Source of the DNA: the human T2T-CHM13v2.0 reference genome, Homo sapiens
Strand: one strand, 5' to 3'
DNA length: 64,000 nt
Assembly: GCF_009914755.1 (NCBI RefSeq)
Contig: NC_060930.1
Shown here: in pieces, positions 33,841 to 47,680 of the stretch
Layout of the letters: each line of letters starts with the position of its first letter
Numbering within the stretch: the stretch's first letter is position 1
Notes under the pieces: model-generated
Told to the model about the DNA's origin: nothing
What the model saw: only the letters and a program-made list of their open reading frames with translations
Databases searched by the model: none
Program-made: the position numbers and the translations under genes

Positions 33841-34062
33841 CTTTAGAATGAATGAGGCAGTAGGCAGGTTCTCCTCGTAGAGCCCAGCAGAGACAATTGC
33901 CGTCATTCCTTCTCACTGCTAACATGTACAAGTTAATGCCTGTTTATCTACAAAACATTTATTTTCTCATTGACTCAGCAAATATTCAGAGAAAACCTAC
34001 TTTATTCCACACTATGCCAAACTGTGGAACGCAGGTGTACTTCAGACAAGATAGGCCTAGAA

Positions 34063-34352
<290 letters not shown>

Positions 34353-35177
34353 TGGGCCTAGAATTTAGAAGGCAACAAAGACATGTGCAACTCCATATCC
34401 TAAGTGGTAAGTGCTATGGAAGCACATATTAGGGAAGTCACAAGCTCTAGTGAAGGGATCCGTTGAAGGCTCCACAGAAGAGTGACATGAGCCGGAGGTT
34501 GAGTAGGAGTCTACCAGGTAGAACGTGATGAGAAAGGCCTTCAAGGCATGGCAACCACACAAGCAAAGACAGAGTAGCAAGCATGGACAGTGGGTTTAGA
34601 GAACCGTGAGTGCGGTGATGTAGACAGACTGCATTCATTTTCAGGGAGGTACAACCCCCTGGGGGAGGGAGAAGGCACCAGATAGGGGGTTGGGGTTGGA
34701 GGGAATAAGGCTGCCGCCAAATCCTGCAGGACCTTGCTTGTCAAATTAAGAACCCTGGAATGCAGGCAGTACGACAATGGAAAGTTTTTAAACAAGCAAA
34801 TGTCACTATCAAATTCCTGTTTTAGAAAGATAATTCTGAGAAGGCACATCCTGAGACAGCCTGGGGCCAAGATGCTGTGGCGTAAACAGATCGCTGAGCG
34901 ATGATAAGGTCCTGAATCCAAAGGGCATTGGTAGAAACAAAAGTGAAAGGACACATTCAAGAAGCTTTTCCCAAAGAGAATGCCTGGGTGACCAATTAGA
35001 TAAAGTAGATGAAGGAAACAGAAGAAACAAAGATGATTCCACAGTTTGTTCTTGGACAGGAGGGTAGATGGCAAAGTCATTAACTGAGAAAGTGAAGATA
35101 GGAAAAAAAGAGCAGGTTTGGCAGAGAATGTGACACCCTCAGTTTGGACCTGCTGAATCTGAGGTATGTTGGAGACC

Positions 35178-35337
35178 CTTGCTACCTAAATGTGCTCCAC
35201 GGACCAGCGGCACCAGGCATCAAGCTTGCCAAAAAGGCAGAATCTTAGGCCCCACTCCAGATTTGTTGGATTCAAATCTGCATTTTAACAAAATCCCAAG
35301 GTGACGCCTGTGCACAGTCAAAATAGACAAGAACTGA
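35178..35337. mobile_element. MER5-type hAT element
   Basis: gcagaatcttaggccccactccaga..aaatctgcattttaacaaaatccc. Confidence 0.8.
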
Positions 35338-35809
35338 TCTAGACATCTGGAAGTCTAGGTTGTGCCCATGAAAGAGTTACTGGCTGGAGATAATTTTGGA
35401 ATAATTAGCATATCCATGAGGGTTAAAATGATAGGAGTGAAAGAGCTCAACGAAAACAAATTTACGATGAAAGAATCTGTGTGTGGTGTGAGGGAGTTTG
35501 CATGTTTGGAATTGAAATAAAGAATCATCATAAAGGTCTACAATGACTTTCTTGTTAAGTACATTAAAAACGGAACCAAGAAGAAAAGGAAGAGGAGGAG
35601 GAGAAAAAGAGGACACAAAACCTTTAAAAAAAAAAAAAAAACCAAAAGAATCACAATGGTGAATTAACATTAAAGCTATAAAGAACTTCTTTTTATGATT
35701 AAGACAAACTCGTATTAATGTTCCTTAATAGTCAGGGATGCTGGGCAACAAAAATTTGATACGAGTGGAAGCAGAAATAAATGGAAACTATAAAAAAGAA
35801 GTGGAAGCA

Positions 35810-35934
35810 GCCAGGTGTGGTGGCACACACCTGTAGTCCTAGCTTCTGGGGAAGCTGACGCAGGAAGATTGCATGAGCCTAGGAGTTCAAGTCCAGCCTG
35901 CGCAAGAATCTTAAAAAAAAAAAAAAAAAAAAAA
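35810..35934 (+). mobile_element. Alu monomer (FLAM-A-like)
   Basis: gccaggtgtggtggcacacacctgtagtcc..aggagttcaagtccagcctg plus an A tail. Confidence 0.85.
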
Positions 35935-36149
35935 GTGGGATACAAAATATGGATAATTTGTTTAATAATAATTTGTAAAAAAGTTAATATATGGGATGAT
36001 GAATATAAAAATATTAACAGTGGTTTGCCTTGATAATAGGATTATACTTTGTTCATTCTACTTTACTGTTTCTTTCCCCCTATTTAATAAATATCCACCC
36101 TTTTTCTCTTTAAATGAAAAAAAAAAAAAAAAAGACACTATTTGCTGGG

Positions 36150-36315
36150 GTGGGGGAATCAGAAGGCCTGGATTCTTGGCTAGTTTTACCAAGCAGCTAA
36201 CTGACTTCAGGCAAGTCATTTCACCTCTGCATGCCACAGTCTCCTCCGCTGTATAATGAGGGGCTTGAGAACAAGATGTTCTCTTCTAAGAAGATTTCCA
36301 GCTGTGACTTTCTAT
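36150..36315 (+). mobile_element. MIR fragment
   Basis: ggcaagtcatttcacctctgcatgccacagtctcctccgctgtataatgaggg. Confidence 0.75.
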
Positions 36316-36451
36316 GAACCAAATTGGCAGCAAGGTGAGATTCATGTGATGTCTCTAAACTCTCCCTTGACAACAACACAAATAACGTGCAGGGTATCCG
36401 TTCGGCCCTCCACCCTCAGCCCATCCCAGTCTCTTCATCCCACCAGCTCAC

Positions 36452-36714
36452 CCAGCGAACAATTTTCCTGGAGTTTTGTTCAGAACCCAACAGCTGTTTA
36501 GAGCTGGTTTCAAGTCCACCAAGCAGTCATCTGTGTCCTCTGTTTCCCAGGTGACACTGTTGTCACTACCTGGTGTTGCCACACACACACACACACACAG
36601 AACACAAAGCCCCTGAAACCAAGGGCCCCTCCCAAGATCCACGCAAGCTGCAGCTCTCTGAGGCATAATACTCTCTGAAGGCTCCATGCTAGATGCCAAA
36701 TGATTAAAAACCAT
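36452..36714 (-). other. Candidate alternative first or cassette exon of ARHGAP18 (5' boundary uncertain)
   Basis: Donor CTGG|GTGAGC followed by several GGG runs. ORF 36448..36714 is cut in phase 2, which matches exon 2. Local CpGs, and no repeat recognised apart from a (TG)10 tract. Confidence 0.5.
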
Positions 36715-37584
36715 TGTGCATAATTACCATTCCATGTAAAAAGCCTTAAAATATATCTTTAATGGTTTTACTGCAGGTCACAGAAGCAAAGGCAGGAATA
36801 GCAAGCTGTGCTCTTTTATGTGGGAGGATAGCGCACATGAATACAAATATGGCAGAAGATGAAAGTACAGCAGACAAGGACAGGCTGCTCTTTCAGCAGT
36901 GACAGCAACCCAGTGTGAAGGGCCCATCAGGGCATGGTGCCTGCTTCTCAGCTCCTTGGAACAAATACTCAGTGTAAACACACTCTCTCCTTTTGAAGTG
37001 GGTGCAATTTGTCTATTGTCATCCTCTTGCCTTAAATTATGCTCCACTATGGATCTGGAGAGGTGTTTTTGTTCTTCTAGTGCAGAAGTCCTTCACATTA
37101 GCCCGTGAACACTACTAAAGCAGTTCTTCTCCTGTAATACATGCTTCCCTCTACAGCAAAGTTGTAGTCAGATGGCCTCCTTCGAGTGATACTGAATGCC
37201 CATGTGAAGCCTTCTTTCTGTTTCACTGTGCAAGGATTCACAAGCATGACCTTGTAGCCACAGGCAAAGTTAGCTGTTTGGTTAAAATCAGGGTACCTAC
37301 AGCTCACATTGATACAAGATTCACTGCTCTCTATGCCTTAATTAATTGGTACTGCTTAAATATAGAGAGGCACATTAGGCTAAACTGAATGTGTAAGTGA
37401 GGAACAGTACTGATTAAGCCTGCCACCTCTTAATTCCAACACATCTCAATTCCTAATAAGAAACTTAAAAGCCTAAAATCTGCCAGAAAAAGAGAATTAT
37501 CATGCATTTGAAATGTAAATGTTAATTAAAATTTTATTATTTATGCTGCCCAGTTGCTTCACTGTAAGAATTAAATTTAATAAT

Positions 37585-37760
37585 TTGTCAGGGGCAATTA
37601 TCACAATAACGAGACTACCAGGCAGTTGTCATTATAACCCCCCATTTTAAGGATGAGGAAACTGAGGCTTAGAGAAAATCAACATCGCCAGGAAGGTGAA
37701 GATGCAACCCAGGCCATGTGGCCACAAAACCCATGCTCAAGACTCTGTATGATAAATGCC
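37585..37760 (-). mobile_element. MIR fragment
   Basis: cccattttaaggatgaggaaactgaggcttagaga. Confidence 0.8.
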
Positions 37761-38469
37761 TCTGAAATCTGTCCCCAGCAAGGGTAACACAAGCTGTGAC
37801 AGGGTTTAGAGCTGAAACGACCCAAGAGATCACTAAGTCCAGTCATTCTCAACCTATCTAAGCTTCACAGCTGACTCATCTGAAGAAGAGCAGCAAATAC
37901 ACTGTGATTATCAATGTGCTCAAAGACATATGTGATAGATACGAATGATCCAGTCCCTATCTTGCTCTGACAACACAGGCTTTTTCTTTTTTTCTAGAGA
38001 TGAAGATAAAAAACAAGGTTCAAGTCTGGTATAAAATCCTCTGCATCCTGTTTCCTACGCCCCAATAATTAAGTCCAGTCCTTAATTACTCAAATGTGAA
38101 TATGGCAGAACAGAAAAATTGGGTGCTTTGCCCAGTAACATCCAGGTAGTTAATAGCTGCACCAAACATCTAAAAAGGTCTCCTGACTCCCAGTCAGGAA
38201 ACAGCATAACCAAGTATCCTCCATTAGGACAGATTGTATCGTGACAGAGGAAACACATTACTCTTCAACTTTATCACCAGGGTAATAAAGACAGGCAATA
38301 AATACTCTTTTATTGTTAATTATTTTCACTCTGTGAACTTTGACAGTCCAACCCACTAATCTTTTGGCTAAAGAACAATTAGCCACAATGATAGCACTTC
38401 ACATATTCTCCACCATATCCACACGTACTGAAATCTCCTTTGGAAAGAGCTGTTCATACTAAGATTTTA

Positions 38470-38730
38470 GCAATCGCAAACTGAAGTCCACCAGGGTGAC
38501 CTGGCAGCCAGAAGTGTTTTGTTTGGCCAGCAGGGTGTTTCAAACATTTTTAAATTGGTTTACCATGTTTTTTTCTTGTAACATGTTTCTCTGAGCAGGC
38601 AGCAGGTGCGGTGGGGCTGGCCCCTTTGAACAGGTTATCTACCTCCCAGTTTGGCACAGCCCCCACCAATCCCATCTGAAAGCTATGCTATCTATGGGTC
38701 CCTGTGGGCCTCTGGGTTTGCAGCCTCTGC
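38470..38730 (+). mobile_element. MER102-like hAT element
   Basis: gtgttttgtttggccagcagggtgttt..cccagtttggcacagccccc..ccctgtgggcctctgggtttgcagcctctg. Confidence 0.65.
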
Positions 38731-39129
38731 TTTACTGCGTTAATATTATGGGATTAAAATGGCATGACTCATTATCTCGAACCCATCACCAATGATTGGC
38801 ATCTGAATTCTGCACCAAATAGGGCTTGCTTTATCAAGACAGCAATAAACATAGCAGGGGATGGGGAGATAGGACTGAACTGATGACCAGGTAGGTTGAT
38901 TGTGGTCCTTCCTTTATCAGTAAATAGCAGTATTACTTTGATCAAGTCACCTACCCTCAATGGATCATGGTTATTTCCTCATTTGTAAAATAGGAAAGTT
39001 AGACTGGCTACTTAAGGTTTTTTTTTTTCAACTTTGAAATCCCATGAGATGTTTCTTACCCAAATTGTGTACAAATAGAGGAATTTTCCCAGGAATAGAG
39101 ATGTTAGTAAAGAGTGGAACCTGAGAAAT

Positions 39130-39605
39130 GTGGTGTCTTAGGAGTCACCTAGACTAGAATTTGCAACTTGGTTTCATCATTTTCCATGAGATCAAAGGCA
39201 AGTTATCTAAAACTCTCAGAGCCTCAGTTTCCTCACCTTCATTCATTTACTCAAGATTGAAGTAAATGAATTTGAGCATCTACTATGTATCAGATACACT
39301 CTAAATGCTGGGGATTTAGTAGTGAACAAAACAGTCCGTGGTCTGATGAAACTTACACATTCTAGTGGCAAGGAGACAAAAAATAAACACAAAGATGTAT
39401 AACCAGTCAGGTGGTGAGAAGTGCTATGAAAATAAATTAGGTGGGTTAAGAGGATGGGTGGGTAGCAGGGAGCAGTTTATTATAGATGGAAGAGAAGACC
39501 TCTCTGATGACACTTGAGCAGAGACCTGAATGAAATGGGGGAAGGGGATAGCGGGCAGGGAGTTTCAGCCATGCAGATATCCGGGTATAGACTGTTCTAG
39601 GTGAA
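39130..39605. mobile_element. MIR (+) abutting an L2a 3' end (-)
   Basis: ggcaagttatctaaa..gcctcagtttcctcacc, then ttcattcattt..tgagcatctactatgt..tagtgaacaaaacag..gagcagagacctgaatgaa. Confidence 0.8.
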
Positions 39606-39870
39606 TAGTTATTATTGAAAATTTGATGATGTGAGAAGCAGAACTCTGACAGAGCCTTTAGCACTTTTTAGAAGTGTGATAAGTTCCTTTCCTCCCACCT
39701 CTTCATTCCCCACTTTCCCTCTTCTATGCCTGTTTGTCTTTAGGATCTACTCTCTGCCTTTACATCAGCCCCAAACACAATACAGCAAAGTAGAACAAGG
39801 GTTTAATTCCACATTCTAACCAATGACAATCTACATCTGTCAAATCCTATTTTTAATAATCAAGTAAAAA

Positions 39871-40186
<316 letters not shown>

Positions 40187-40284
40187 TCAAGTAAGAGAGC
40201 CAAGTCTTGCCTCCACTATGTTCTGCGAAAGAACCTTTCATAATAAAATGCTCCAAAATACAAACAGGTAGTTAATAACAACAT

Positions 40285-40528
40285 AGAGCAGAGCAGAAGA
40301 GGTTAAGATCACAGTCTCCCTATCAGAAAAGCCTGGATCATATCCCAGCTTTGTTTGCTGCCTGCATGACCTTGATTAAATTGCTTAACCTCTCTGAACC
40401 TCGGTTTTTTCACCTGTGAATGAGAGACCAATAATGTTACCTCTTTTCAGAGTTCAGGAGAAACTTGAATGAGATACGTACATAAAACACATGCAATTTT
40501 CTTGGCACAGAGGAAAGTGCTCAATGAT
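40285..40528 (+). mobile_element. MIR
   Basis: tgaccttgattaaattgcttaacctctctgaacctcggtttttcacctgtgaa..tggcacagaggaaagtgctcaat. Confidence 0.85.
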
Positions 40529-40539
40529 GTGCATCTCTT

Positions 40540-40953
40540 TCTATCAGGACTTTTAATTACAAGCTACAGAAATCAACTCTGATATCTTTGCCTGCTGCTA
40601 GTCTACTGGCAAAATAAATACATTAAAAATATAAATTAAAATAGAAAAAAATTAACTCTGATGAAACCAAGCAGAAGAGAATTTTATTAAAAGCTTACTA
40701 GGTGGCTCCCAGAATGTCCAAAAGCCAGGAATAATGCCTCAGATCACGCCATGGACTGATCCAGGAGCACCAGGGAGCAGCAGATGATGATGCTCACACC
40801 AGCAATGCCTGTAGCAATTGACACTGCCCTCTTTTTCTGTGGAAAAGAGGGTTATTCTGCCTCCCAGCAAAGCTCCGAAAGTAGAGAACTCCCCACACCA
40901 GAATGAGCGCTCAGATGCTGGGCAGCCAAAAGAACGGCAAGTGTCTAGCCACA
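40540..40953 (-). mobile_element. Old MLT1 (K-N type) LTR fragment
   Basis: acaagctacagaaatcaactc, ttttattaaaag and terminal gatgctgggcagccaaaa..gccaca. Confidence 0.55.
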
Positions 40954-40967
40954 TCACTAATGCAATA

Positions 40968-41102
40968 CAGTCCTCCTCCCTCCATATAATGGGGATTGGC
41001 TTCAGGGCTCCCTGTGGATACCAAGCCCTGTGGATGCTCAAGTCACTGAGTTGGCCCTCTGTTTCTGTGGGTTCTTATTCACAGGGCCAATGGTATACAG
41101 TA
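40968..41102 (+). mobile_element. MER2/Tigger-family fragment
   Basis: ta|cagtcctcc..ggggattggcttcagg..gtggataccaa..gtggatgctcaagtc. Confidence 0.7.
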
Positions 41103-42070
41103 TCCTCATCAAACCACCTTTGGAGCACCTACTAGTTGCTCATGCTACTTCCGTCACCAAGAATGCCCCTGGCCCTCTCCACACCGTTCAGCCACATCCT
41201 GGAGGCCCCCACTCTGGGATGCCTTCAACCTGACTCCAGGGCCTGCCTCCACCCTTCCCCAGCTACTTCTCTTGCAAAGTATCCTATTATAAACTGATTT
41301 ACATCCTGACTATACCTGCACATACAGACACCAATGCTTCTTAGAAGTAGAGATCAAAAACAAGTGTATATACAGTTGTAAATACCACATCCTGGTTTAC
41401 TAAACATTTCTGTGTATATCTCATCCCACAAATAAGGTTACAAGTCTTGGTTGATTGGGAACACCATTCTTTTCTCCTGTACCTGTTAAAAGCCTATTTC
41501 CTATTCTTTGTTGATGCTTAATAGCACTTCCTTTAAATCTGGGATGAAGCATAGATTTTTTATACAGAGGGTCAAATGTCTAATTCATCTACAAATATTC
41601 CTTTGTTAAAAAAAAATTCAAAGTCTTATATGGAATGAGAAAAGTAATCAGTCAATATTGTGAAACAATATTGAAGCACTTACAAATTATAATACATTTT
41701 CATTTTATAAACTCATTTTTTTTAATCTAAAGGGAGTAAAAATATCTTCCCACTCTGGGAAGTAGGGGAACCTACACTGCCCCAATTTTACTAAGAAAAA
41801 AATATATTTTTTTTTCCCATGGAATAATATCCCCATCTTGTGGGCACTGTTGTTCAATGTTTTCAAAAATCTTAGCAACATTTTTAGAACAGTGACATCT
41901 CTTAATACTTCTCAGGGATAGATAGAATTGAACTACAACCCCTATTTGGCCCATAAGCCAAAAGTTCCCTGTATCTTTAATAAATGCTTTCTGCACAAAG
42001 CATTCAAAAATTTAAAATAATCAAAATCTATAATGAGTCAGGCATCAACCAGGTCTATATCAAAAGAAAA

Positions 42071-42076
<6 letters not shown>

Positions 42077-42120
<44 letters not shown>
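42077..42120. repeat. (TG)n microsatellite, about 22 units
   Basis: Perfect dinucleotide run. Confidence 0.98.
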
Positions 42121-42124
<4 letters not shown>

Positions 42125-42980
42125 TGTGTATGTGGATATATATGCATATATATCTTTAGATTCACGGGTACCTAAAGAGAATTCCTGCCGTGAAAGGATT
42201 CTCTACTCACATGAGTAATAAACTCATTCAGGAAACATATATTGAGATCCAAAGTGTCTAGTAAGGCATTGGCTATTCCCTTCAGGTCAGGATTTGCCAA
42301 GCAGAAGGCAATACATACATGGAGGGCAAGGAGAAACTGACAAGAAATTCACTGGTTCCCAGCACGCTCTTGGCCAAGGACAGGAGTCTGATAATATCTG
42401 CCTGGGCTCTTGGCCAAGAGGAGGAAGGTTACTGAGCATTTAGAAATATGCATGCACAAAAGAATTGAAAATCAAGAAGGGAGAGGAGGGTTATGAAACA
42501 ATGAAACAATGGAAAAGCAAGGGAAGAAAGCATCAGTGGTATCTTTTTCATCAAAGGAAAGGAAAGACATGCACATCTATCAAAAGGAAGTAAAATGGAA
42601 GTGAGGAAAGAGGCTGACAATAGTTTCCAACTCTTTCTCCCTCTGTATGTCAAATGCCCCTTGGATATGCAAGTAAATCTGCAACTTCAAGATACCATAG
42701 ATATGTAAAGTTCCCTAGTCAGCTACCTGCCATCCATTTGGAATTATCGTGTAACAAGCTTATCTGGTCTTGTTTATATTAATTTCCCTCATTCAAATAG
42801 TTCTTTTCTAGAGATAATGTTTCCCAAGCCAGGACATGATATAAACCCACTATTTCTGGCCATATTTATTTCAGATGACCTTTTTCATTGAAGAAGGGTA
42901 TCAGTGCATGGAGCACATGTGCAATATAAATACAGCATCCTCAACCCCTAGTCCCCAAACCATCAATTTACCCAAATAAT

Positions 42981-43029
42981 CACACACACACACACTCACA
43001 CACACACACACACACACAGACACACACAC
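42981..43029. repeat. (CA)n microsatellite, interrupted
   Basis: Directly visible. Confidence 0.96.
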
Positions 43030-43718
43030 CATTAAAAACAGTCTATGGACTCAGTACATTTCAACATCTCCAAAATCTCTTTTAAATCTTTCTAAACCGT
43101 AAGTCAGTCCCAGGGCAGCCTGGTCCATCTGGTCCCGATTCTTCAGCCTGATGTTCAAGACTCTATGAGCTCTGCCCAGCTTTTCTCCATTCCTCGTCGG
43201 GTTCCTCTCCCACTTCTCCCTTCAAGTCCCCCACTATGGCCAAACAGTACCAGCTGCCGGAGCCCACCAGGCACTTTTCCTACCCCAGAAGCCTTGCCTG
43301 TACCGTCCCCTTCTGTCTGACACCCTCCACACTTCCCTAACGCCCACACTGCAGTGAACGTCCTCCACTCGATCTCTAAACGTCTACCATGTTGTGCACT
43401 GCTCTTCTCCAACACTCACTGAATGACTCCACAATTATGATGAGACCCCTTTAGTGATAGTCTGAGGCTGCAGGGAGAATTGCAGGTTTTGAAGTCCAAC
43501 AACCTTGCTGCTGACTGGACACAGAACTCTGGGTATAATATCTAACCTCTTTGAACACTTGTTTCCTTATTTGTAAAATGAAAGAACAATACCTATCATC
43601 TTGCATGGCTGTTAAGAGGACTAGAAATATTCACATAAAGGGCCAAATAGGACTGCCTCAACTCCAGAGAAATAAAACAATTACGCGGTGTCTGTAGGAC
43701 AGGCTGTGTGCTCAGTGA

Positions 43719-44420
<702 letters not shown>

Positions 44421-45672
44421 TCAGGAAAAATAACTAAAATAATATAGATCAAAATGTTAATGAAGCTATATTCAAGCAATGGTTTTATAGGCAATTTATT
44501 GTTTTATTTGTACTTTTCAGTATTGCCTTAATTTTCTAGAGTGAACAAATATTATAAAAGTTATGCTAAATATATTCACTATGACACCATAATTTTGGCA
44601 CACTATAATCCCTGTTACACATTGCAAGTAGAAATTACATCAACTTTGTATCTATTTATCTCTTATACTTTGTATAATTTTTCTCCTCAGGCACTTATGC
44701 TTGCATAAAGCTACTTTGCTGGACTGAAATAAAGACAGTTTTTATTAAAATTCCCCTTAAATTCAACTCCAAAACACCTCCTCAGAATTTTATTTGTGAC
44801 TACAGTGTGTGCTAATTTGGTTATCAGGTTCAAGCTTTCTCTGGTCTAAATTCAACTTTTTTAAAAAAGGAAATAAACCTAAGAGAGCTTACATTATCAC
44901 TTCATGGATATCTCATTATTTTGACATTCCCACTTTCTTATATGGTAGGTGTCTACAGTCACCTGGAGTTTTAGTATTTTAAATATTCTTCAATATATTG
45001 TGCAAAGTTAACGAAGTGGAAGATGGAGAAATTCTCTATTTCAGAACTGAGTGGCAACAATGTGCCCATTAAAATGAAAAGGAAGATCACATATCACAGG
45101 TAACGTTTTTCCTGCATTCTGGTAGAGAATATTCACACCGAGGATGGAGGGTGGTACCCTCTCATAATTTAAAAGCAAAACAAACTGCCTGAAGAGAAGG
45201 CTACGTTGGTGGACAGTTAAATTATTTGAAAAGTCTCTTATACCACCTACTTCGCATCAAAAGGAGACTCATTCAGATTCACCAAAAGTATGTGAAGTCG
45301 TAACTCTTTTTTTTTTTTTTTTTACTGCCTCCCCCCACCAAGACTTTCTCAGCCTACTCCCCTCCTCTAGGAGCTGCCAAATCACAATGCTCTGCTCCCC
45401 TATTCTCACCTGCTGGCATCAGCAGGAACCCAGCTCCCCGTCAAGACCCCCTCAGGTTCCTCCCCTCCACACAGATCTCTACTTCCTCAGGCCTTCCTGG
45501 AGTCCCAAGAAGTAGCTGACTTTTACCCAATTCCCAATCTGATGTCAGTTTTTAACACTTCCCAGTACTAAGCCCTTCCCAAGATAGAAAACCTACCTCT
45601 TCAAATCATAACATTTGCAGTTACAGTATCTTAGAGATGTCAGGAGTTAGAAGCCATGGACACCCTCTAGTT

Positions 45673-46570
45673 CAGTGGCTGTCAACCTTAACACACTTGT
45701 CTTTAACCTAATACCTATTTTATAATCTTCACCTTTATGATTCTGAAGTAAAGTTCAAGTAATTTATCTATACATAATCCTGTGTGTATGCATATGCCCT
45801 TTATGATAATATTAAGGAGAAATAAAGGAAAATAATTTAAAATAGGTTTCTCAATATGTGCCTGGACACTAACAGACATAAAATGAAGTGGTCAACTGTT
45901 TATTATATTTACCTATAGAATGAGTTCACATTTGGAAAAAAATAAGATCAGAAAACATTCTGCATGAGAAATACAAAAATTAAAAGGATAAAGGGACACG
46001 TGTGTTCATCTTCACAAATGAAGATGTGAATTAGGGCCAGGCGCAGTGGCTTATGCCTATAACCTCAGTGCTTTGGGAGGCTAAAGTGGGAAGACTGCTT
46101 GAGCCTGGGGGTTCAAGATCAGCCTGGGCAACAAAGCAAGACCTCATCTCTATAAAAAAAAATTAAAAATTACCCAGGTGCAGTGATGTGAGCCTATAGT
46201 TCTATTAATAGCTACTCGGGAGGCTGAGGTGGGAGGATTGCTTGAGCCCAGGAGCTAGAGGCTACAGTGAGCTATGATCGTTTACCTGCACTCCAGCCTG
46301 GGTAAACAGAGTAAGACTCTGTCTCTAAAAATAAAAAATAAAAAACTTGAGTTAGATTAAGCAGAGGTGAGACTGACTTGTACATGACATCTTCTCAGGA
46401 ATGCCAAATAGGTCATTCTAGACACCAGACAATTCTTTGTTTGGCAAGTCTGTCCTGAAATTGTAGAATGTCTAACACAGCTGGAACCTGCCCTGCAAAT
46501 GATGGGACAACATAAAACACCCCCACAAATTCTCAAAATACCCTTTAGAGGGCACTACTGAGAAGTACTG
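45673..46570 (+). mobile_element. hAT-Charlie element (MER112/113-like ends) inserted in a MIR and itself interrupted by an AluJ
   Basis: Termini cagtggctgtcaa..tgagaagtactg. 8-bp TSD ctctagtt / atctagtt. Confidence 0.7.
46035..46345 (+). mobile_element. AluJ (Jo-like)
   Basis: gaggctacagtgagctatgatc. Full dimer with an A-rich tail. Confidence 0.94.
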
Positions 46571-47499
46571 ATCTAGTTCACCCCATTTTGCCTCTGAGAA
46601 CACAGAAGTTCGGAGAGGTTAAGTGATTACAACACTCACAGCAGGAACAGGTCACAAACCATGACAAAGTGGGTTCCAGAAACCAGTCTCATATCACCAC
46701 CCACACGTACACGCGCACACACACACGCTTCCTCTCCCCTTTCTTCTACTCCTGGCTCAGATTTTTCATCTATGTCCTCTGCAATCATCGCCATTCAAAT
46801 TTAACCGTCTGTGTCCCTCTGACCCCACCCATCCCAGGTTCTTCTGAATTGTGTGTGCCAACCTTACTCTCCACGGTACATCAAGTCTCACTAATGTGGC
46901 CACAACCTTGGCCTTAACTCAGATCACAAAGATCTCTAACTTAGCACAGCCTCCTCACTGTCTCTGGGACCTTCCAGTTCCATCCCTTTATGTCAGTTCC
47001 TTCCTTCCCACTCCCAACTCAGCACCCAAGAGAACTCATTCAGCATTGCTCCCTCAACATTACCCATTATGTGTAACATGGGTCTTGGTTGACACCCACT
47101 GTTGGCTTTTTCCTTAGTCCTTACTACACAGAAGTGTGACGTATATTAAGTTCCATATCTACACAGGCTTGCAATACTTCCTACTCACCAAACACAGTAC
47201 GATTCTATTCAGTGTAGTTCTAGTTGTTTAAACATTTTTTTCCAATGGCTGTCCCCAGTATGCTGAGCTAATGCCTAATTCAATCAACCTATAGGAAACA
47301 ACTTTGCTTTTATAATAATTAGGCAATAAATAATGAGGATGCTCCTTCCAATAATGTCTTTGTTCATGCTCTATGGCTAAGAAGAATGCCCTCTTTCTCA
47401 AAAAACATATTTCCTTCAAAATCTGGTTCTTGTTAATATCCTCAGTAAAGCTTTCAAGACCTTAGCACATATTAATCTCTGAATTCTCAACTTATTAAC

Positions 47500-47680
47500 A
47501 ACGACAGACTTTCAGAGAAGAAAGAAATCTACAGATTACCTAGTCAAGTCATTTTATTTTACAGATGGAGAAACTGGAACTCAGAGAAGGGAGCAAGCAG
47601 TCTCCAGTGATATAACCAGTTGTCTGCAGAGAAAGCTGAAACATGGGTCTCTCCACTTCCTGCCCAGTTTCTTTTGAATA
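47500..47680 (-). mobile_element. MIR fragment
   Basis: attttacagatggagaaactggaactcagagaagg. Confidence 0.75.

Noticed and set aside
34541-35080. Longest ORF in the window (179 aa)
   Set aside because: Lies within decayed L2 sequence. No recognisable domain and no phase-compatible splice structure.
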